From positions 1-17,755 of the forward strand of contig JAWOID010000001.1 of assembly GCA_046484865.1 (NCBI GenBank): a DNA stretch of 17,755 bases, read 5' to 3'. The notes beneath the pieces were generated by a model, which did not search any database, was not told the origin of the DNA, and saw only the letters and a program-made list of their open reading frames with translations. Positions 1 through 6,759 of this stretch are shown here, piece after piece. Each line of letters starts with the position of its first letter. Position 1 is the first letter of the stretch. Origin of the DNA: Candidatus Krumholzibacteriia bacterium. Its GTDB lineage: Bacteria > Krumholzibacteriota > Krumholzibacteriia > LZORAL124-64-63. The translations under genes were made by a program, and so were the position numbers.

Positions 1-125
1 CCATGCTTCGCCAGCAAGTCCTTGAACGCATCGGGGGTGGCAACTCGGGGTTGGTTTCCATGCCCCCGGTCAGGCAAGCGGCGGGCCAGACACATTCTCG
101 CTGGCAGAACCTCGGATTTCACGAG

Positions 126-1268
126 TCAGGCGGCCAGCAACGCCACGATCAACGCGCCATCGATCCCGCCCCAGATCCCCAGCGCGACGTACATCCCTCG
201 CCGTTCCCGATCCACACCCCGGCGCCGGCGATCTCGCCACCAGTGAACCAGGTGTCCCAGCCAGGCGACGAGAGCGGCCGCCAGGGGGAGCAGCGCCGGG
301 GCGAGGGGCGGCAGGCCCAGGCCGTGACGCCACAGAGCGGCGCCCGCCAGCATCGTCGCGGCGGCCGAGGCCCCCAGCGCGATCGCCAGCTTCAATGACC
401 GGTCGGGACCGAGCGCGGTGGCCAGAGTGCGGTCGCCGCGGCGCAGGTCGTCGACTCGCTGGTAGAGTTGTGTCAGCGGGTAGAGGGATCCGAACAGCAG
501 GCCGAAGCCGACCACCAGGACGGCTGGGCCGGGACCGCCGGCGAGGGCTGCCGGAGCATCGGGGCCCGGGTTCCCGACCGCACCCGGAATGTCTGCCGCG
601 GTCGCTGCCACGCCTGGACCTGCCGGCGCGGCGGCAGCGGCGGCTGCCAGCCCGATCAACACTCCGGCCATCGTCGTGCCCGCGCCGTAGCCGACGACGT
701 TCACCAGCAGGTCGAGTCCCGGCACGCTCTTCCAGCGGAATCGCGGGTGTGAGTAGGCCATAGACAGCAGCACGCACAGTGCAGTCAGGACTCCGAACGC
801 CGGCCCCACGAGCAGCCAGCCCACGACGGGGGCGAACGCCATCGCGGCCGCCGACGCTCCGGCGACCCACCGGGGCGGGAGCGGCGGGCGGGCCAGGTAG
901 GCGACCGGCCCGGTGTCGCGGTCGTAGGCCGAGTTGAAGGCGAGAGTGCTCCCGTTCAGGAGCACCACCCAGGCGAACCACCCGCCGGCGACCGCGGCGA
1001 GGCTGCCGGCGGTCAGGCTCGCGTTCGCGAGGCCGATTGCGCCGGCGGCGCCGCTGCCGTTGCCGCCCGCTGCCGCTGCCGCGGTCGCGCCTGCGCCGGA
1101 GGCTCCCAGGGCCGACCGCACCAGAGCGGCGAGAGAAGGGGCCAGCAGGACCCCGACCAGCAGTTGCGCGGAGAGGATGGGCCACTGCCGCGGGCGCGTC
1201 AGCCGCAGCGCATCGCGGAGGCTGCCGGTGGAGGTGCGCTGCGGGTCGTCCGGGCGGACCGTCGTCAT
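126..1268 (-). CDS. UbiA-family membrane prenyltransferase (380 aa), uncharacterised subfamily
   Basis: Part of track ORF 126..1991. The likely start is ATG at 1268 (MTTVRPDD...), overlapping the upstream stop as ATGA. Shows LRLTRPRQW N-terminus, first Asp motif NSAYDRD, YSHPRFRWK loop motif, second motif QLYQRVDDLRRGDRTLA and many hydrophobic TM segments. Confidence 0.85.
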   Translation of the reverse strand: MTTVRPDDPQRTSTGSLRDALRLTRPRQWPILSAQLLVGVLLAPSLAALVRSALGASGAGATAAAAAGGNGSGAAGAIGLANASLTAGSLAAVAGGWFAWVVLLNGSTLAFNSAYDRDTGPVAYLARPPLPPRWVAGASAAAMAFAPVVGWLLVGPAFGVLTALCVLLSMAYSHPRFRWKSVPGLDLLVNVVGYGAGTTMAGVLIGLAAAAAAAPAGPGVAATAADIPGAVGNPGPDAPAALAGGPGPAVLVVGFGLLFGSLYPLTQLYQRVDDLRRGDRTLATALGPDRSLKLAIALGASAAATMLAGAALWRHGLGLPPLAPALLPLAAALVAWLGHLVHWWRDRRRRGVDRERRGMYVALGIWGGIDGALIVALLAA

Positions 1269-1891
1269 TGCGGCCCCGTCCGACCGGTTCCGCCGGTCCG
1301 GGGTCCGGTTGCCGGCGCCAGTCGCCGCAACTGGTCGGTGAACCACGACCGGTCGAAAGTGGCATTCACGCACCTGCGCTCCAAGCTCGCGAGTGGCTGC
1401 AACAGCGCCGGTACCTCCGGCACGCTGCGCAGCGCCTTGATCAGCCGGTCGTGACAGGCCGAGGCGAGGATCAGGTCCGGACGCTCTTCGCGGGCGATGG
1501 CGAAGGCCTGGTGGCTGCGGAACGCGATCAGGGCACGGACGCCGAGATCCGAGCACAGGCGGGCCAGGGGACCGATCTCGCACTCGGTGCAGGCGGAGCA
1601 CGCGCCGAGGCTCACGCGCACGTCGCAGGTGCAGGTGCGCGGCTTCACGCAGCGTGGCAGGATGAGCAGCACCGACTCGGGACGGTGCACCGCCAGGTGA
1701 CGTTCCACGCGGCGATTCTGTGCCGTCACGAGCCGTTCGACGAAACGCTCCTCCAGGCGTGGCCACCGGGACAGCGAACGGCGCACGAGCGCCACCGCGC
1801 GCACGAAGGGCGGGTGGCGCCAGGGGGAGCGGAACGCGCCGGCGGGGGTGCGGTCCGGGAGGTCGGCGGGCCTGGTGGCGGCATTGCTCAC
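1265..1891 (-). CDS. DUF116-family Cys-rich protein (208 aa)
   Basis: Part of track ORF 1265..2002. GTG at 1891 overlaps the TrmH stop as GTGA. Motifs LLILPRCVK, CxC..CxxCxxCEIG, RPDLILASAC and RCVNAT match the DUF116 pattern as I recall it (LPHCL...CxxCGxCxIG...IIGVAC). Confidence 0.75.
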   Translation of the reverse strand: MSNAATRPADLPDRTPAGAFRSPWRHPPFVRAVALVRRSLSRWPRLEERFVERLVTAQNRRVERHLAVHRPESVLLILPRCVKPRTCTCDVRVSLGACSACTECEIGPLARLCSDLGVRALIAFRSHQAFAIAREERPDLILASACHDRLIKALRSVPEVPALLQPLASLERRCVNATFDRSWFTDQLRRLAPATGPRTGGTGRTGPQ

Positions 1892-2574
1892 GGCATGCTC
1901 CCGGCGGCTTTCCCGGCGTTCCCCATGTCCCCCGCGTTCCGGGCGTCCCCCGCGTTCCGGGCGTCTCCCGCGTGCCCGGCGGAGGCCCCACGCCGCAGCC
2001 ACTGGCGGCGGGCCTCGTACGCCATGACGCCGAAGCTGACGGCTACGTTCAGGGATCCCTTGGCGCCGGCCATCGGGATGGCCACCACGCGATCGGCCAG
2101 GGCGAGCAGCGCCGGCGAGATGCCGTCCACCTCGTGCCCCACCACGAAGCAGTGGGGGAACGGCAACTCGTCCGCGTCGTAGGGAGCGGCGCCAGGCGCC
2201 GTCTCGAGGGCGACGATCGGCACGCCCGCCTCGCGCAGCGAGGCCACGCAGGCGGCGGGGTCCCGCCAGTAGTCCCAGGGCACGGTGAGGCTCGCTCCCA
2301 GTGCAGTCTTCTCGATGTCCGGACGCGGCGGACTCGGCGTCATGCCCGCGAGCACCAGTCCGGCCAGTCCGGCGGCGTCGGCGGTGCGGAACATCGAGCC
2401 CACGTTCCAGGCGCTGCGCACGTTCTCCAGCAGTGCCAGCACCGGCATGCGTGTGGGCACCGGAAACCCTGGTGCACTCGTGGCGACCATCGCCCTGGGA
2501 ACCTCCTGCGAGCGGCGCCGGGAAAGGTCCGGTCCCGCTCCAGCGGGGCCGGCGGCCGGCGCCGGATCCCCCAT
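1888..2574 (-). CDS. TrmH/SpoU-family SPOUT RNA 2'-O-methyltransferase
   Basis: Motifs LENVRSAWNVGSMFRTADAAG, IEKTALGA, VGHEVDGI and IPMAGAKGSLNVAVS. Start uncertain (ATG 2574 or ATG 2490). The track ORF extends to 3036 only as an antisense overlap of the GT2 gene. Confidence 0.9.
   Translation of the reverse strand: MGDPAPAAGPAGAGPDLSRRRSQEVPRAMVATSAPGFPVPTRMPVLALLENVRSAWNVGSMFRTADAAGLAGLVLAGMTPSPPRPDIEKTALGASLTVPWDYWRDPAACVASLREAGVPIVALETAPGAAPYDADELPFPHCFVVGHEVDGISPALLALADRVVAIPMAGAKGSLNVAVSFGVMAYEARRQWLRRGASAGHAGDARNAGDARNAGDMGNAGKAAGSMP
1912..1980. repeat. 18-bp tandem repeat (CCCCGCGTTCCGGGCGTC), about 4 copies, encoding the AGDARN tail of the TrmH-family protein
   Basis: Exact copies at 1930-1947 and 1948-1965, degenerate copies at 1912-1929 and 1966-1980. 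Confidence 0.85.
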
Positions 2575-2617
2575 GATCAGGGCGGGCGGGCGGTTTGGCA
2601 ACCTTCGCGCCGCCCCG

Positions 2618-2646
2618 CTAAACCCGGCCATGAGGAGCGTCGATAA
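2618..2646 (+). promoter_or_regulatory. Putative sigma28 (FliA/SigD)-type promoter upstream of the GT2-TPR gene
   Basis: CTAAA (2618-2622), 16-nt spacer, GTCGATAA (2639-2646), versus consensus TAAA-N15-GCCGATAA. It ends 42 nt before ATG 2689. Such AT-rich boxes are rare in this GC-rich context. Confidence 0.5.
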
Positions 2647-2688
2647 CCGGGGCAGTTCTCGAGTCTCGAACTCATCCCGGACGGGGAC

Positions 2689-4158
2689 ATGAAGCGCAAG
2701 ACCGTCACTCTCTGCATCATAGCATGCGACGAGGAGGCCAGCATCGGGACCACGATCAAGTCGGTCCTGGCGCTGGTGGACGAGATCGTCGTGGTGGACA
2801 CCGGTTCCACCGACAACACCTGCATCATCGCCGAGGGCTACGGCGCACGCGTGATCGAGGTGCCCTGGCAGGAGGACTTCGCAGCCGCCCGCAACGCGGG
2901 ACTGGCCGAGGCGGCGAGCGAGTGGATCCTGGTCCTCGACGCCGACGAACACCTGCTGCCGGTGCGGCCGGTGCAGTTCCAGCGGCTCCTGCACGAACGC
3001 GACGCAGCCGGCTACCGGGTGCAGGTGCTCACGCACCGGGTCGAGCCGTCACGGCCGCCGGCCGCATCGGTGCGCCTGTTCCGCAATCATCCGCAGGTCC
3101 GCTACGTGTACCCGGTGTACGAGCAGATCCTGCCGGCGTTGACCGCCTGGGCCGACGGTGAGCAGCTGACGGTGCTCGACAGTCCGCTGACCGTGGTCCA
3201 CGACGGCAACGGCGGCGAGCAGCGGGCGCGCAAGCGGGAGCGCAACCTGCGCATCCTGCACCGGGCGCTCGAACATGGCCCCGAGGAACCGTACTTCGCC
3301 TACCGGTTCGCCTGCGAGAACCTGGTGACCCTCGAGGACGAGGTGCTGCCCGTCGCCGGGCTCACCGTGGCGGTGGAGCACCTGGAACTGGCGTGGCGGC
3401 GGGTGGCGTCGCTGCCGTCCCGACACGTGCGGTTCCTGCCCTATGCGCCCGACCTCGCCGCCCGGCTGGCCGCGGCGCTGGCGGCGCTCGGGGCCCACGA
3501 ACGCGCGCGACACGAGCTGGCGACCGCCCGCCGGCTTTGCGGCGACCATCCGGCCCTGCTGGCCCAGTCGGTGGCCGCGGACACCCGCTATCTCTGGGAC
3601 GCCCACGACCGACTGGAGCCGGCGGTGACCGCCGCCTTGCTTGATCGGGCGCGGCGTGATATCGATATCCTGCGGCAGATGCCGCTCGAGGACGGCGAGG
3701 CGGCCGTGGATCCGCGTTGCCGCGAGCTCTACCCGTGGTGCTACCTCGGCGAGTTGGCACTGCTGGAGGGCCACGTGGGTGACGCGGCCGAGCTGTTCGA
3801 ACGGGCGCTCCAGGTGGACGAGAGCTACTCGTTCGCCTGGCTGGGGCTCGCGGAGTGCGCCCGCTTCGCCGGCGACCGCAAGCGCGCCCTGAAGCTCTAC
3901 CTGCGCACGGTCACCGAGAACGAGGGGAACCACCGGGCCTGGCTGCGTGGCTGCAGCCTGCTTGACGAGTTGGGGTTCCACGACAATGCCGACAGCTGGC
4001 GCCGCAAGGTGGCGGTCCAGTTCCCCGAGCACCCAGCCGTGCTGCCCGGCGTCCGCGCCGGCGCCGCCTCCGGCGCCGCCTCCGGCGCCGGCGCCGGAGG
4101 CGGCCCGGGAGCCGGCGCGCCCGAGCCCGCGGAAACAGGAGCCGGCACCGCCTCGTGA
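2689..4158 (+). CDS. Glycosyltransferase family 2 with C-terminal TPR repeats (489 aa)
   Basis: TLCIIACDEE, DEIVVVDTGSTD, DFAAARN and WILVLDADE (DxD) motifs. C-terminal TPRs (YLGELALLEG...AAELFERAL; AWLGLAECA...ALKLY). GGGGAC RBS-like sequence before the ATG. Confidence 0.9.
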   Translation: MKRKTVTLCIIACDEEASIGTTIKSVLALVDEIVVVDTGSTDNTCIIAEGYGARVIEVPWQEDFAAARNAGLAEAASEWILVLDADEHLLPVRPVQFQRLLHERDAAGYRVQVLTHRVEPSRPPAASVRLFRNHPQVRYVYPVYEQILPALTAWADGEQLTVLDSPLTVVHDGNGGEQRARKRERNLRILHRALEHGPEEPYFAYRFACENLVTLEDEVLPVAGLTVAVEHLELAWRRVASLPSRHVRFLPYAPDLAARLAAALAALGAHERARHELATARRLCGDHPALLAQSVAADTRYLWDAHDRLEPAVTAALLDRARRDIDILRQMPLEDGEAAVDPRCRELYPWCYLGELALLEGHVGDAAELFERALQVDESYSFAWLGLAECARFAGDRKRALKLYLRTVTENEGNHRAWLRGCSLLDELGFHDNADSWRRKVAVQFPEHPAVLPGVRAGAASGAASGAGAGGGPGAGAPEPAETGAGTAS

Positions 4159-4202
4159 ACGGCGCCGCCTCGGCGCCGCACCACCCCCGAAGGAGAGCCT
4201 CC

Positions 4203-5618
4203 ATGGCGGCTTCATCGCCTCCGGAGCAGCTGGTTCCGGCCGCGTTCGCCGGCGACCTGCCGCCGAGCCGGCGCATCTTCGTCAACCGCAACCTGCGCAT
4301 GAACTCGATCGAGGCCATCGGCTTCGACATGGATCACACGCTGGCCGTCTACGAGACCGACAACTTCAACCGCCTCTGCTTCGAGATGGCCGTGGAGAGG
4401 CTGATCCAGGTGCGCGGCTATCCGGAGCAGCTGCGAGAACTGAGCTACGACTCGCACGCGGCGGTGCGGGGCCTGATCGTCGACAAGCGGCTGGGCAACC
4501 TGCTCAAGGTCGATGGCTACGGCTACGTGTCGCGGGTGCGTCACGGCACCCGCTTCCTGGAGCGCGAAGAGCGTCGCAACACGTACAAGCGGGGCCGCAT
4601 CGCCATCGGCAACGTGCGTTACCGCGTCTTCGATACCCTCTTCGACCTGCCCGAGGGCAGCCTCTACGCGGCGATGATCGATCTCAAGGATGCCGACCCG
4701 ACCCTGATCACCGCCAGCTACCGCGTGATCTATGACGACATCCGCGACGCGGTGGACACCATCCACGCCGATGGAACGCTGAAGGCGCGCATCACGGCCG
4801 ATCTCGACCGCTTCTTCGTGCGCGACGACGAGTTGCCGCGCACGCTGCGCAAGTTCCGTGAGGGCGGGAAGCGACTGTTCCTGCTGACCAACTCCGGGCT
4901 CGAGTACACCGCCGCGGTGATGGCGCACCTGCTGCGAGGCGATGAACCCTGGGAGGAACTGTTCGATCTGGTCGTCTGCTCGGCGCGCAAGCCGCGTTTC
5001 TTCGTCTCCCAGGGTGCCGGCAAGCCGGTGGGGCGTGATCCGGCGCCCGGACTGGCCAACCGGCGCGGCAACTGCTTCCTCGGCGGTGACGCGTTCTTCC
5101 TCGAGTCGAAGATCGGCACCTTCGGTGACACTATCCTCTACTTCGGCGACCACACCTACGGCGATATCCTGCGCAGCAAGAAGTCGGTCGGCTGGCGCAC
5201 GGCCATGATCGTGCCCGAGGTGGAGGAGGAGGTGGACCGGCTGTTGCCCCTGCGCGGGGTCCTCGCGCGTCTGGTGGTGCTGGAGGATCGACTGGAAGCG
5301 CTGTCGATGGAACGAGACCGCCTGCTGGCGCTCGCCCCCGACGGCCCGGACGCGATCCGGCACTGCGAGGACGAGATGTCCCGCATCCTCGGCCAGCGCG
5401 CGGCGCTGCAGAAGCGCCTCAAGACCGCCTTCAACCCGCACTGGGAATCGGCGTTCAAGGAGGGACGGGCGGCCAGCCGCTTCGGCCGGCAGACCGAGGA
5501 ATTCGCCTGCATCTACACGAGCAGGGTCAGCAATTTCCTGTACTATCCCGTGAGCACCTTCTTCGCCAAGCCGACCGAGGTGCTGCCGCACGAGCGGTGG
5601 GCCTACACCGGTCCGTGA
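4203..5618 (+). CDS. HAD-IG family 5'-nucleotidase (cytosolic purine nucleotidase cN-II type)
   Basis: All four HAD motifs: GFDMDHTL, LLTNS, ARKP, YFGDHTYGDI. Also IFVNRNL, RGLIVDK.GNLLKVD, GWRTAMIVPE and IYTSRVSNFL. ATG 4203 follows AGGAGAG. Alternative start GTG 4155 overlaps the GT2 stop. Confidence 0.92.
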   Translation: MAASSPPEQLVPAAFAGDLPPSRRIFVNRNLRMNSIEAIGFDMDHTLAVYETDNFNRLCFEMAVERLIQVRGYPEQLRELSYDSHAAVRGLIVDKRLGNLLKVDGYGYVSRVRHGTRFLEREERRNTYKRGRIAIGNVRYRVFDTLFDLPEGSLYAAMIDLKDADPTLITASYRVIYDDIRDAVDTIHADGTLKARITADLDRFFVRDDELPRTLRKFREGGKRLFLLTNSGLEYTAAVMAHLLRGDEPWEELFDLVVCSARKPRFFVSQGAGKPVGRDPAPGLANRRGNCFLGGDAFFLESKIGTFGDTILYFGDHTYGDILRSKKSVGWRTAMIVPEVEEEVDRLLPLRGVLARLVVLEDRLEALSMERDRLLALAPDGPDAIRHCEDEMSRILGQRAALQKRLKTAFNPHWESAFKEGRAASRFGRQTEEFACIYTSRVSNFLYYPVSTFFAKPTEVLPHERWAYTGP

Positions 5619-5666
5619 TCGCGCGCCGCCCCCGTGCGTGCGCGCCGCCCCGCAGGAGGTCAGAGC

Positions 5667-6737
5667 GTGCTCGGAAGCAAGAACGTCCTCGTGACCGGTA
5701 CCGGCACCATCGGTGAGCCGCTGATCGGGCTGCTCTGCCATTTCAAGGACCAGCTCGGCATTCACGAGGTCCTGTTCCACAAGCGTACTCCCCTGCTGAC
5801 GGACCGCAGCAAGGTCCAGAACCTGCTGCGCCGCGGCGCGCGCCTGGTCACCGACGAGGACCGCGTGGACGGCTTCCGGGAGATCGGTCTGGAGGTCTCG
5901 ACCACCACCGAGGAGGCGCTGGAAGCGGCGCGCGCCGTGGTCGACTGCACGCCGACCGGGATCCAGATGAAGGAGCGTCTCTACCACCGCTTCGAGGGCA
6001 ACACCGACGTCTTCGTGGCCCAGGGCAGCCAGTTCCGCTTCGGCAAGCCCTACGCGCGCGGGATCAACGACGCCAGCCTGGTCGTGGGCGAGGACCAGTA
6101 CCTGCAGGTGGTCAGCTGCAACACCCACAACCTGGCGGCGCTGCTCCAGACCCTGGCGCTCGACGGTGGGGGTGCGGACAACCTGGCCGAGGGGCGATTC
6201 GTGGTGCTGCGACGCTCGAACGACATCAGCGAGGATACGCGCTTCGTCCCCAGCCCCACCGTGGAGGCGCCCACCGACGACACGTTCGGCTCGCATCACG
6301 CTCGCGACGCTCATCACCTGTACCGCACGCTCGGCCTGGACCTGAAGCTCTTCTCGTCGGCCATGCGGCTGAACAGCCAGCTCATGCACGTGGTGCACTA
6401 CGACCTGCGGCTGGTCGAGCCGGTGACCCGGGAGGACCTGCTCGAGCGGATCACCCGCAACGACCGCCTGGCCCTCACCTACAAGCGTACTGCCAACACC
6501 GTGTTCTCGTTCGGCCGCGACCACGGGTTCTGCGGCCGCATCCTCAACCACGCGGTGTTTCCGGTAGACGCCCTGCACGTGAGCGGCGACGGCCGCACCG
6601 TCACCGGCTTCTGCTTCACGCCGCAGGACGGCAACAGCCTGCTCAGCTCGGTGGCGGCGGTCGTCTGGGGACTGTATCCGGAGACCTACGAGCGGATCAT
6701 CCAGTGCCTGCGCCCGTACTTCTTCGCCGAGGTCTGA
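5667..6737 (+). CDS. Archaeal-type (class II) glyceraldehyde-3-phosphate dehydrogenase-like oxidoreductase
   Basis: GTG 5667 after AGGAGGT. Rossmann GTGTIG, VVDCTP, AQGS, catalytic VVSCNT, RRSND and SHHARDA parallel archaeal GAPDH motifs (GYGTIG, DCTP, FQGG, RVVSCNT, RRxxD, SHHGPD). Confidence 0.75.
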   Translation: MLGSKNVLVTGTGTIGEPLIGLLCHFKDQLGIHEVLFHKRTPLLTDRSKVQNLLRRGARLVTDEDRVDGFREIGLEVSTTTEEALEAARAVVDCTPTGIQMKERLYHRFEGNTDVFVAQGSQFRFGKPYARGINDASLVVGEDQYLQVVSCNTHNLAALLQTLALDGGGADNLAEGRFVVLRRSNDISEDTRFVPSPTVEAPTDDTFGSHHARDAHHLYRTLGLDLKLFSSAMRLNSQLMHVVHYDLRLVEPVTREDLLERITRNDRLALTYKRTANTVFSFGRDHGFCGRILNHAVFPVDALHVSGDGRTVTGFCFTPQDGNSLLSSVAAVVWGLYPETYERIIQCLRPYFFAEV

Positions 6738-6759
6738 TGGATACGGGGGCGGGACGCGG

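Noticed and set aside
1..95. Possible partial minus-strand CDS (MCLARRLPDRGHGNQPRVATPDAFKDLLAKHG...) running off the window start
   Set aside because: Only about 31 codons are visible, with no clear RBS or recognisable family.
1269..1991. N-terminal extension of the 621-aa track ORF as a UbiA fusion
   Set aside because: It overlaps the DUF116 gene in another frame and is low-complexity. The ATGA overlap supports a start at 1268.
3106..3120. GTGTACCCGGTGTAC resembling the palindromic core of the 14041 repeats
   Set aside because: It lies inside GT2 coding sequence (VYPVY), lacks the rest of the 43-mer and is probably chance.
4212..6578. 788-aa minus-strand ORF, and similar long ORFs at 9999-11696, 10603-12828, 15731-17584, 3049-4215, 70-1365 and 12567-14129
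   Set aside because: They overlap well-supported genes antisense or out of frame. They are Arg/Gly/Pro-rich or typical antisense translations with no motifs, as expected from stop-codon scarcity at high GC.
6738..6759. Terminator between the convergent GAPDH-like and TPR genes
   Set aside because: The 22-bp gap has no hairpin or U-tract.
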